Shown here: positions 30,535 through 39,237 of the stretch, piece by piece
Layout of the letters: the number at the start of each line of letters is the position of its first letter
Position numbering within the stretch: the stretch's first letter is position 1
NCBI GenBank assembly: GCA_032128875.1
Contig: JAVLKG010000004.1
Coordinates: forward strand, 256,001-320,000
Direction: 5' to 3'
DNA from: Candidatus Melainabacteria bacterium 17Bon1m
GTDB lineage: Bacteria > Cyanobacteriota > Vampirovibrionia > Obscuribacterales > Obscuribacteraceae
Length of the DNA: 64,000 nt
Notes under the pieces: model-generated
Databases searched by the model: none
Told to the model about the DNA's origin: nothing
Seen by the model: only the letters and a program-made list of their open reading frames with translations
Translations under genes and position numbers: made by a program

Positions 30535-30564
30535 TCCTAAAAAGAGAACTTTCAGAACCAGTTT

Positions 30565-30650
30565 GGGAGTGTGGGTGAGTAGACAAAGCCACCTGCCTGT
30601 AAAGCAGACGCCGCAAGGCTTCGCTGGTGCAAATCCAGCCGCTCCCACCA
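30565..30650 (+). tRNA. tRNA-Tyr(GTA), atypical D/T loops
   Basis: GGGAGTG/CGCTCCC, A73, CCA; loop CTGTAAA; long variable arm GCC-GCAA-GGC; T-loop TGCAAAT. Confidence 0.85.
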
Positions 30651-30653
30651 TAT

Positions 30654-30730
30654 GCCCGGGTAGTCCAATCGGCAGAGACGCTTGTCTTAGAAACAAGAGG
30701 TTAGTGGTTCAAATCCACTGCCGGGCACCA
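30654..30730 (+). tRNA. tRNA-Leu(TAG) with short variable loop
   Basis: CTTGT-CTTAGAA-ACAAG; Leu-type D arm; A73; CCA; only 5-nt variable region AGGTT; G7:G66 mismatch. Confidence 0.8.
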
Positions 30731-30733
30731 TAA

Positions 30734-30804
30734 TCCGAGGTCGTCTAATGGTAGGACACGACGCTTTGAACGTTGGAACGGTGGTTCGAATCCATCTCTC
30801 GGAG
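30734..30804 (+). tRNA. tRNA-Gln(TTG)
   Basis: TCCGAGG/TCTCGGA, U1-A72, G73; CGACG-CTTTGAA-CGTTG; TTCGAAT; no encoded CCA. Confidence 0.9.
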
Positions 30805-30837
30805 ATTACTTTCTTGAAGGTGCACTGCAGTCAAAAC

Positions 30838-30862
30838 GGGCGACGCATGGCGTCGCTCCTCC
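30838..30862. repeat. REP-like palindrome / possible terminator after the tRNA array
   Basis: GGGCGACGCATGGCGTCGCTCC hairpin resembling the other REP units. Confidence 0.55.
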
Positions 30863-30869
30863 GTGACAC

Positions 30870-31229
30870 TTATTTTGCGTATGATTCTAAAAAGCCGCAT
30901 GCCTTGCAGCGCTTAGTCACAACAGGTGATGCGGGCTCTTCATTCACTCCGGCGCCGTCCACCTTGGGACTGCCTTGTACCCAGGTTGTTACATGAACGG
31001 ATGATCTCGATCTATCAAGCAAAAAGCCATTTTCGAACTGTCCGCCGCACTTCGGGCAGTTGCTATCAAGGACACGTCTTTGAATTTCCTCATATCTCTG
31101 AATTTCAGTATTTATGTCACCGCTTTTGTTATTCATGTCGTGTATCAGAAGGTAACCACCGAGAATGGTGTTGACGACTAGGATGGAAATAACAAGGACT
31201 TTTGAATTTGGACTCTTCATTTTTAGCAA
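30870..31229 (-). CDS. Small membrane-anchored zinc-ribbon protein
   Basis: N-terminal TM; CPKCGGQFENGF ... RCKACG. Confidence 0.75.
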   Translation of the reverse strand: MLKMKSPNSKVLVISILVVNTILGGYLLIHDMNNKSGDINTEIQRYEEIQRRVLDSNCPKCGGQFENGFLLDRSRSSVHVTTWVQGSPKVDGAGVNEEPASPVVTKRCKACGFLESYAK

Positions 31230-31231
31230 TC

Positions 31232-31990
31232 TTACCTAATTGTTTTGTCCATTATAGCTTTCAGCTCTACCGGCAAAGCTCTCGATTCATAGGGCTTTCC
31301 GTGACCAGCAAGTAAACGTGTGACATCAAGGTTTTGATACTTTTGAAGACAGCTATCTCTGGTCGCTTTATTCAGAGTGAACCACTCATGTCCCATAACG
31401 GGTTTGCGAAACATGGTGTGTAAATTGTCACCGCAAAAAAGTGCGCGTGTCATAGGGTCGAACAGACTAATGCTGCCAGGCGTATGACCTGGAGTATGGA
31501 TAATCTTTATATCTGCTAGTTCTTGCTGATCTTGAAGTGGTAAACAGTTTTCAACCTTTGGAATAACAAATCCCGTTCTATCACCGATCCACAGAATGCA
31601 TCTGCAGATGAGAGAACCAACTTCAGCGCTAACTGCCTTAGTGCCTTTTAGAAAGCCGATCTCTTCTTCATGTGCGAAGACAGGTATGTTTAGCGCTCTT
31701 GAAATTGCCGCGGCTGCTCCAGCATGGTCTGGATGTCCATGTGTGATGATGATTCTCTTTATTTCTCCGAAATCACGACTGGCAGTTATTATTTCTTCGC
31801 CATGCGATGAACAACCACAGTCAATTAGAGTTAGACCGTCTTCGCCATTCAACAGCCAGCAGTTGGTTTCCATCCCAATGACAGGTGGAAATCGTAATGT
31901 GATTTGCCACAGCTTATCGGGTTGGATGGTGATTATGTTTGGTTTGATCAATTTCCGATCCAAGTACCGGCAGGATTCCGGCGCTCCCAC
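31232..31990 (-). CDS. Metallo-beta-lactamase fold hydrolase
   Basis: LIDCG, THGHPDHAG, HTPGHTPGS, GD, AGHG; start uncertain. Confidence 0.9.
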   Translation of the reverse strand: MGAPESCRYLDRKLIKPNIITIQPDKLWQITLRFPPVIGMETNCWLLNGEDGLTLIDCGCSSHGEEIITASRDFGEIKRIIITHGHPDHAGAAAAISRALNIPVFAHEEEIGFLKGTKAVSAEVGSLICRCILWIGDRTGFVIPKVENCLPLQDQQELADIKIIHTPGHTPGSISLFDPMTRALFCGDNLHTMFRKPVMGHEWFTLNKATRDSCLQKYQNLDVTRLLAGHGKPYESRALPVELKAIMDKTIR

Positions 31991-32023
31991 TAAAGAGCCG
32001 GCGAGCCGCCGGCGTTCCCAGGG

Positions 32024-33193
32024 CTAAATTTTCTTTTTGAAAGTCTCCGAATATCCCGTCATCTCTACATATCCTTCGCCTGATATGGGTTTACCCATTT
32101 TGGTGCCGGTAATGCTTGATGCGCCCTCCCAATAGGTGACGTCTGTTGAACGTTTTGTTACGAGCTCCTGATCATCAAAGTCTGCAATCACCTGTAATTT
32201 GATTTGTTTCGAAGGGATTTCAACTTCCCAATTCAGTGGATAGTTTCCTTTGCTCTTGGGGCTGAGCCACTTTGATTTGGAGCGAATTTTGAATTGTGAA
32301 AGAGCCAAGTGCTCTGTTTTGCCGTCCGCACCGATTATGGTGCCACTAGAATTCTTGTCGATGCTTCCATCTTTCTTTCTCATGATGTAAAGCATAAGTT
32401 CTGAATTATCGCTGAGTTGCAAGCTGTACCAATCCCAACCGATTTGCTCTTCTGTCAACTGGTTTGAACCAAACTCATGATCCATCCACGAAGTGCCGGT
32501 AACTCTCTTTTCCTGTCCGTCGATAAACAGCAATCCCTTTGTGTCCATCCGGGTCAGTGAATAATAATGCGAGGCACAACCGACACAATCTGCCTTTTGG
32601 CTGACACCATCTTTGCCGTGAATCACCGGAGGTTTTTTAGAACTCAAAAGTAACTTAATTCCTGTCTTTTCCGCATCTGCACTGAGCATCATCGCTTCTC
32701 CGGCTTCGTCCACCCGCCAGCCGTCGTTGTATATGTGCAGCACAGAACTACTGGCGGTGCCCAGGGAGAGACCACTTCGCGTAAGCTTCTCGAAGAAGTG
32801 GAATTTTTTGTTGTTGATATCGCTGACTGCGAAGTGTGCGAGATAAACGTTTGACCGTTCCTTGCGTTTTGCCTGAATTTTCTCTGAAGGTGATACTCCA
32901 CTTCTGAAAAAGGTCAATTCGTATCCATATCTCTTTCCGTCTTCGCTCTTCAGATGTCCCGTGTAATACCACCACTCGGTTTTGAAGTCTTCATGTGATG
33001 CATGGTCTCGCGGGAATGCGAATTTGTAGCCCGGTAGCGCTTTCTTGTAAAACTTGTCGATTTCCTCGGCTTGGGCGATTGGGCCGCAAACGGTGAAAAG
33101 TGGAAGCATGAGGGTAGCTGTTGCGAAACTTCCAAGGATAAACGTCTTTGCGTGCATTGTTATAGGTTTATGGGAAAACATTTTAAGTTCCAC
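32024..33193 (-). CDS. AttH/CrtC-like secreted lipocalin-fold protein
   Basis: FPRDH..H..FKTEWWYYTG, YYS.TR, SWMDHEF, GWDW, DQEL, YWEG, GYVEMTGY. Confidence 0.9.
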   Translation of the reverse strand: MELKMFSHKPITMHAKTFILGSFATATLMLPLFTVCGPIAQAEEIDKFYKKALPGYKFAFPRDHASHEDFKTEWWYYTGHLKSEDGKRYGYELTFFRSGVSPSEKIQAKRKERSNVYLAHFAVSDINNKKFHFFEKLTRSGLSLGTASSSVLHIYNDGWRVDEAGEAMMLSADAEKTGIKLLLSSKKPPVIHGKDGVSQKADCVGCASHYYSLTRMDTKGLLFIDGQEKRVTGTSWMDHEFGSNQLTEEQIGWDWYSLQLSDNSELMLYIMRKKDGSIDKNSSGTIIGADGKTEHLALSQFKIRSKSKWLSPKSKGNYPLNWEVEIPSKQIKLQVIADFDDQELVTKRSTDVTYWEGASSITGTKMGKPISGEGYVEMTGYSETFKKKI

Positions 33194-33210
33194 TTTTAGA
33201 CACCTTCATC

Positions 33211-35883
33211 CTACTCACTTCTAATAAATTCTGCTGCTTTCGTCCGGCCAGCTTCGTTGGCAGGTATAATTCCTGCCGCCAATGCAGCAACGATCACGAG
33301 CGCGGACGATTGCAAAATGAAATCCCATGGAATCATCATCTGAATCGTCCATCCAAACGACTGTCTGTTGATGACATTCACCAGCAGTAGTGAAAGTACA
33401 TAGCCAACGCAAATGCCTGCGACACTTCCGCATGCTCCGAGGATGACAGCCTGAGAAAGCACCACTTTTCTCAGCTGAGCGCGTGTAGCGCCTAGATAAC
33501 GAAGAATGGCAAACTCTCTTCTCGATTCATGGGTCAATGCAAGAAGTGCGTTCATAACTGAAAGCAATGCCACCGCTATTGCGATCGTGTGCAGTGCGTA
33601 GGTGACCGAAAATGTTCTATCAAACACTCTCATTGCTTCTGTTCTTAACTCTTGATTGTTTCGAATAAGAACCAGAGAATTGCCTTTTAACCGCGCAAGG
33701 CAATCTTTGCGGACTACTTCTGCATCTGCTTTCGGCATAAGGAAAACAGCGATGCTTGTTAGCTTGGTATCACTAAAATTCTTCAAGTACTGTTTGCGGT
33801 CGATGATGATGTATCCCAAGTCGCTGGAGTAATCGTAATAAACTCCCGCCACCTTTAGTGGTAGCAAACCGTGCAAGGTGGGAATTTCGATAGTGTCACC
33901 AATATTAATACCGCGCCTGACAGAGAATGTTTCCGAGATCACGCAGTCATCGGCACCCATCGCGGCGATGAGAGCACTGCCTTTCTGACCGTTTACTAGT
34001 CTGAGGCGACCGTATTTTTTCAGTACGTCAAATTCGCCAGCCCCGACAAGCACAGGTTCTCCATTAACCATTGTGCGATGTTCCACAAAGCCATCCACAG
34101 CCGCAACACCCGGTACGTCTCGAATTATGTCAGCTGTTCTCAAGTCGATCTTTCCTTCGCGATTACCTTCGGCGCGAGATTGAGACTGAATGTATAAGTC
34201 GGCTTTCAAAGTTTGTTCTACCCAAGCTACAACCGTGCTGCGAAAACTTGAAATCATGATGGCAAGACTGATCATCATCGAGATGCCCACCATGAGGCTT
34301 GCTACTGCGACGGCAGTTCTTCCGGGGGCACCACCCAGCGCACGCAACGAAATGGTGCCCTCGACTCCCAGAAGTGATTTTATTGTTTTGTTCTGGTTGA
34401 CTGCAGAAAAGGCGATATTGAGTGCGAATGGTGTGAACAGGGCGGTTCCGATAATTGCTGCGAATGCAGCAGCGTATCCAAAAAACGGAAATCCTGCGAT
34501 AGGTTTTCCGAATGTGGCCAAACCACCCAGTAAATAAACTACACCTCCAGCAAGAAGCAGTCCTCTTGTTGAATGCACAATTCTCGATTCGTAAGAGCCT
34601 TTTCGAGCCGCTTCAGCCGGAGCAACTGAGGTCGCTTCGAAGATGGGTGGAATCGAAGCGATTATCGTCAGCGCGACTCCAATGCCGAATGCTTTTAGAA
34701 GAGTCATCGGATCAATAGTCGAGGAGCCGAGTGGATGACTGAAATAAAAATGCTCGATAGTCCCTGCTATTGCTGTCAGCGCGCTGTCGGATAACATTAC
34801 TCCTGCAGCGACGCCAAGTAGTGAACCGGCAATACCGAAGAACAAAGCTTCGGACAGAAAGAGGGTTGCGATCTTCCATTTGTTGGCACCCAGTGTTCTT
34901 AAGATGCCAATCTCTTCTCGCCGCCTGACTATCGAAATTGTCATCGTGTTGTAGATGAGAAACATGCCTACAATCAGCGCGATGAATGCGAGCGCGGTCA
35001 AATTGTATTGAAATGAACGAGTCATTTTCTCAACTGTTCGTGCCCGAGCAGAGGGTGTATCAACTGTGACCGCTTGGGTAATGTTTTTCGACAGGTGTTC
35101 TTGGACATCTGCGTAAATGGCTTCCGGAACAATGAGTTCTACTTGCGTGATTTTTCCCGGCAATTCGAAGAGGTCTTGAGCCGTTACCAAGTCAACGACA
35201 ACAACTTGTCCGTTGAAGGACTTTCCTAGTCCTTTTGATTTAAGAACACCTATGACGTTGAGTTTTACTATCTTGTCATTGACAGATAACGCCAGTTCGC
35301 CGCCTTTTTCAAGCTTCAAATCCTCAGCGAGTTTTTCTCCAATGAGGGCTGTTCCGAATTCGATAAGTGAACTTGACGTCGTGCTTTTGCTATCCGCTTT
35401 CGAGCTGTTCGAACTCTCATTAGCCTTTTTTTCTGCCGGCTGATCGCTCGTCGAAAGTCGTGCATCTTTTGAAGCAGAAGATTCTTCTTTGTCGGAGTTT
35501 TCTGTTTTGGTTTGGACGAATTCTGCCGGAGCCAGCGTGTCAATGCCGTTGACTTGAACTAGAGGATTATCACCACCTACAGCAACAGCATTTGCTTGCA
35601 GCAAAGGCGTATATGCCACACCTTCTCTGCCCAGCGGCGCCAGTGTGGCGAGTACCGATTGATCGATGTAATTACCTGCTGACGGACGAATCTCCAGATT
35701 CGCCTTACCAGAAACCAGGTCGACAGTTTCTTTAAATTCTCCCAAGGCCGTTTCGTTTGCCAGGCTGATTGCCAGAAAAACGCAAACACCAAGGGCGATA
35801 CCAGTGACAGTAATGGCTGTTCGTCGCCAACTGGAGATCAAATCGCGAATGACAAATGCATAAAACAGACGAAAAGCGGACAT
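33211..35883 (-). CDS. FtsX/MacB-type ABC permease (AttF/G-like, duplicated)
   Basis: Two MacB-FtsX halves; RRREEIGILRTLGA; INRQSFGWTI. Confidence 0.9.
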   Translation of the reverse strand: MSAFRLFYAFVIRDLISSWRRTAITVTGIALGVCVFLAISLANETALGEFKETVDLVSGKANLEIRPSAGNYIDQSVLATLAPLGREGVAYTPLLQANAVAVGGDNPLVQVNGIDTLAPAEFVQTKTENSDKEESSASKDARLSTSDQPAEKKANESSNSSKADSKSTTSSSLIEFGTALIGEKLAEDLKLEKGGELALSVNDKIVKLNVIGVLKSKGLGKSFNGQVVVVDLVTAQDLFELPGKITQVELIVPEAIYADVQEHLSKNITQAVTVDTPSARARTVEKMTRSFQYNLTALAFIALIVGMFLIYNTMTISIVRRREEIGILRTLGANKWKIATLFLSEALFFGIAGSLLGVAAGVMLSDSALTAIAGTIEHFYFSHPLGSSTIDPMTLLKAFGIGVALTIIASIPPIFEATSVAPAEAARKGSYESRIVHSTRGLLLAGGVVYLLGGLATFGKPIAGFPFFGYAAAFAAIIGTALFTPFALNIAFSAVNQNKTIKSLLGVEGTISLRALGGAPGRTAVAVASLMVGISMMISLAIMISSFRSTVVAWVEQTLKADLYIQSQSRAEGNREGKIDLRTADIIRDVPGVAAVDGFVEHRTMVNGEPVLVGAGEFDVLKKYGRLRLVNGQKGSALIAAMGADDCVISETFSVRRGINIGDTIEIPTLHGLLPLKVAGVYYDYSSDLGYIIIDRKQYLKNFSDTKLTSIAVFLMPKADAEVVRKDCLARLKGNSLVLIRNNQELRTEAMRVFDRTFSVTYALHTIAIAVALLSVMNALLALTHESRREFAILRYLGATRAQLRKVVLSQAVILGACGSVAGICVGYVLSLLLVNVINRQSFGWTIQMMIPWDFILQSSALVIVAALAAGIIPANEAGRTKAAEFIRSE

Positions 35884-35885
35884 GG

Positions 35886-36575
35886 CTAATTGCTCTCGCT
35901 TGATACCAGAATACCGTCGCGCATTTGCAGCAGGCGATCAGCTGTTTGGCTCGCCTCTTTACTGTGCGTCGCCATGATGATCGCCAGTTTGAAATCGTGA
36001 TTGAATTCTTTGATCAGTTGCAAAATGTTTTCACCATTTTGCGTATCTAAATTGCCTGTTGGCTCGTCTGCCACCAAAAGGCGTGGTTCGTGAATCAATG
36101 CTCGAGCGATGGCAACTCTCTGCATCTCACCGCCCGATAATTGCGAGGGAAAGAAGTGCGCCCTGCTTTCAAGTCCGACCTTTTGCAAAAGTTCTTTCGC
36201 TCGCTTTTCAGCAGATTGAATTTTGCTCTTGTTGAGTTCGATCGGCACCATGATGTTTTCCATCACAGAGAATGTCGGCAAAAGATTGAATGATTGAAAA
36301 ACGAATCCGATTTTCTCGCCGCGTATGCGCGTCAATGCTTCGTCGTCGAGCTGATTTACAGTTTGTCCGTCAAAAACAATAGTACCGGAATCTGGTCTAT
36401 CAATTGCGCCAATGAGGTTGAGCAAGGTGCTTTTGCCGCAACCGCTTGGTCCCATAATTGCCACAAACTCGCCGGCACGGATGTCAATTGACACATCTCT
36501 CACGGCATCAATGTTGTGAGCTTTGTAGCACTTTGACACTTTGTCCAATGAAATTAAGATGTCAGATTCCGGCAT
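35886..36575 (-). CDS. ABC ATP-binding protein (LolD/AttE-like)
   Basis: GPSGCGKST, LSGGEMQRVAIARAL, ADEPTGNLD. Confidence 0.93.
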   Translation of the reverse strand: MPESDILISLDKVSKCYKAHNIDAVRDVSIDIRAGEFVAIMGPSGCGKSTLLNLIGAIDRPDSGTIVFDGQTVNQLDDEALTRIRGEKIGFVFQSFNLLPTFSVMENIMVPIELNKSKIQSAEKRAKELLQKVGLESRAHFFPSQLSGGEMQRVAIARALIHEPRLLVADEPTGNLDTQNGENILQLIKEFNHDFKLAIIMATHSKEASQTADRLLQMRDGILVSSESN

Positions 36576-36660
36576 TCTCTATTCGACTTGATCTCGTTTT
36601 TATTTTTCGCTGCTCTCAGCTGCTAGTACATAGACTTCATTGTATTAAGTAGAAAAGAAC

Positions 36661-36690
36661 ATTGGGTGAACCGGTTAAAGCCCACCCAAT
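36661..36690. terminator. Probable terminator hairpin
   Basis: ATTGGGTG...CACCCAAT downstream of the minus-strand gene ending at 36725. Confidence 0.45.
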
Positions 36691-36724
36691 GCTAATTGCT
36701 TAAGTTGAGCCGACAGGCTCGGCG

Positions 36725-37330
36725 CTATTTCTTAGCGCTTTTCTTCTCTTTTTTGCTGTCGGAAGCTTCGCGCTTGTTGCCCTTTCCTTCCTTGGCAGTG
36801 GACTTTCCGGCATTCGCCTTCAAGAAGTCGCGAGTAAAGTCTTGTCCCAGCTTGGTCACAGCTTCTTTAGGTTCGTGAGCTGCCAGGAAGACTTTGTCGC
36901 TGTAAGTGACAGCTTGGACTTTCGACTTAGGATCGCGCAAGAGGCTTACCCATTGTCTTACCGAGAGTTCAGCGATTGTGTGACTTGCCGTTTTATAGAA
37001 GGTGATTTGCAGGATGGCGTCCACAGGACCGTCGCCCGGCTTCAGTCCGGTGGCGACGAAAAGCGGTACGCCGGTTTGCTTCAAGATGCCACCCAGTTCG
37101 CTTTCTAGCGGCTCGAAATTCTTATATCCGACAACGCGGTAGGCAATGCCACGGATACCTTCGAGCGAAGGAACCATTAGTGTTTCGCGCGCTTCTTTGC
37201 GCTTTGCCTGAATTTCTTCCATGGAAAGCGGCACGCTGGGAACATTTTCAGCACTTGCCGGCATGGAGAGCGCGGCTGCACCGAAAGAAACGGCTAGTAT
37301 TAGAGAAGCAAATTTATGGTTGAGTGTCAT
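36725..37330 (-). CDS. Hypothetical secreted protein
   Basis: Signal peptide (ASA-E); Lys-rich tail. Confidence 0.7.
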   Translation of the reverse strand: MTLNHKFASLILAVSFGAAALSMPASAENVPSVPLSMEEIQAKRKEARETLMVPSLEGIRGIAYRVVGYKNFEPLESELGGILKQTGVPLFVATGLKPGDGPVDAILQITFYKTASHTIAELSVRQWVSLLRDPKSKVQAVTYSDKVFLAAHEPKEAVTKLGQDFTRDFLKANAGKSTAKEGKGNKREASDSKKEKKSAKK

Positions 37331-37599
37331 AGTGACTGCACCTTGAAAATTGACCGACACATATCAGGCCGTAAAGCGTACCAGCTTTGGAGCTTTCCGG
37401 CTATTTTTACCGATAAAAAGCTACAGAATCGCCTTGTCAGGTGGCGTTTTCAGTCCTCACAAATCCCTCAGCCTTGAGAGTTAATACTGTAATTACAACA
37501 AAGACCAACCTGGAAACACAGAACACGCCGCACAAATGGGATAATGTGACACCGTAGGCGGCAAGAAGATTAAACGCCGAGATTCAAGGAGTATTTAGT

Positions 37600-38244
37600 A
37601 TGCGCTTCTCATTTACAAAATTGCTGGCAACCAGCTTCTCTTTGGCACTGGCAAGTAGCTGCGCGATAACGTTGTCCGCTTATGCCCAAGGCGAAACACA
37701 AGCTGACCAAGCCGCTTTCAGCGACGATGGTGACATGCTCCGCCTCAACGAGTCTCAATTGCGGGACCTCGAAATGCAAGAGCAGAGCGCTGAGAATGTA
37801 GCGAATATGGACGCTGCAAAAAATCAGCAATATCGTTTGTACGCAGAAAAAAGAATTGCTGAAGTCGAAAAACTCAAAGGCGCCAAGAAGGCAGACGCCG
37901 ATACGCAAGTTCAAACTCTGCGCAGATGGCTGCAAGCAGACCAAGCGCAACGTGCTCGCGATTTGCAAATCATCCGCAGCTTGCAAGCAAGAATTGCCAG
38001 ACTTGAACAAACACAGCAGACGACAATGGCAAACATGAGCAACGATATTGGAGCTGTTAGAGAAGCTGCCAATGATGCTCGTTCTGATACGAAATTCAAA
38101 CAACAAATGTCGATGAATTACTTCAACGAAATGCAAACCGAAATGGGTGCAGCTTCGTGGTATCCGCCGCGTGGTGGTGGTGCAAACTACAACATGGGCG
38201 GTATGGGATTCAACGGCGGACAGCAGTTGTTCGGCGGATATTAG
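37600..38244 (+). CDS. Hypothetical secreted coiled-coil protein
   Basis: AAGGAG RBS; signal peptide AYA-Q; Gln-rich helices; Gly-rich tail. Confidence 0.75.
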   Translation: MRFSFTKLLATSFSLALASSCAITLSAYAQGETQADQAAFSDDGDMLRLNESQLRDLEMQEQSAENVANMDAAKNQQYRLYAEKRIAEVEKLKGAKKADADTQVQTLRRWLQADQAQRARDLQIIRSLQARIARLEQTQQTTMANMSNDIGAVREAANDARSDTKFKQQMSMNYFNEMQTEMGAASWYPPRGGGANYNMGGMGFNGGQQLFGGY

Positions 38245-38253
38245 GAATAAGAC

Positions 38254-39237
38254 GTGGGGAAACAATTCCTCGCTATCCTGGTTTGCTTAATCTGTACGTT
38301 TACGACTCCCGGCGTTTCAGCCGACGCGCAAGACTTGAAGAAGTTGCCCCGCGTGGTGATATCGTCGGGAGGTCCGTATACGGCGAATGGTGGCACATCC
38401 ATTCAGTCGTTTGATGATGCGATTGAACTGTCGCGCGAGTATGCGAACAAACCTCTGGCGCTCGTTTTGACGAACGGTTCGATCAACGCTTCTGGCTTTA
38501 GCTGGATGCGGATGTTTTTGCAGCAAGGTGGCAGTGACACCAACCTGCAATCGGGCGCTTCAGAATTTGGTCGCCTGTTGTGCGATGAAAATTCTTTTCT
38601 AAACAGCGCTCAAATTTATGTTGATTTGACGTCGCAGCTTGCTCCAGGGCGAAACCGAATACACCTTGAAGGCGTAGGCAGGCAAGGCGCACAGTTTTTT
38701 TGGGAACTGCGTTCGATTGGTGCGCCACAACTTTCTAAGTTGAATCCACGTGTCACTATGGCAGGGGCACAATTGGTTCTTTCAGGTATGGGCTTTAGCG
38801 TTCGCCCATCAGAGAATGAAGTGGTTCTGGGACCTGCACCACTTCAAGTAATTGAATCCAACGGCAGAATGTTGCGCGTCTACGTGCCGCCGAATATGCC
38901 TGAAGGGCAGTTTCCTTTGTATGTCGGTATTCAATCGATGCGCAGCAATGTGCTTCCGATGGAAGTGTTGCCATCACCGAAGGTTACTTCTGTAAATCCG
39001 GTAAGCCTGCTGCCGGGTCAAACCATCACAATTCGGGGCAGCGGTTTTTCCGCTACACCACAGGAAAATCGAGTTTATATAGGTCGCTACCCTGCACCTG
39101 TAGTTTCGTCTAGTCCGCAGATAATCAACGCCATTGTTCCTAACATGCCGACCGGTAATGCCAAAATTACTGTCATCGCCGGTGGTGCTACGGCACAGGG
39201 CAACCCCGAAGTTTCGATCAGCTATTTGAACCGCTAA
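38254..39237 (+). CDS. Secreted protein with two IPT/TIG domains
   Basis: PQLSKLNP...G..L.LSG.GF...NEV; PKVTSVNP...G.TITIRGSGF...NRV. Confidence 0.85.
   Translation: MGKQFLAILVCLICTFTTPGVSADAQDLKKLPRVVISSGGPYTANGGTSIQSFDDAIELSREYANKPLALVLTNGSINASGFSWMRMFLQQGGSDTNLQSGASEFGRLLCDENSFLNSAQIYVDLTSQLAPGRNRIHLEGVGRQGAQFFWELRSIGAPQLSKLNPRVTMAGAQLVLSGMGFSVRPSENEVVLGPAPLQVIESNGRMLRVYVPPNMPEGQFPLYVGIQSMRSNVLPMEVLPSPKVTSVNPVSLLPGQTITIRGSGFSATPQENRVYIGRYPAPVVSSSPQIINAIVPNMPTGNAKITVIAGGATAQGNPEVSISYLNR

Noticed and set aside
30272-30804. tRNA array as part of a prophage or island attachment site
   Set aside because: No integrase, phage gene or duplicated tRNA 3' end is visible in the window
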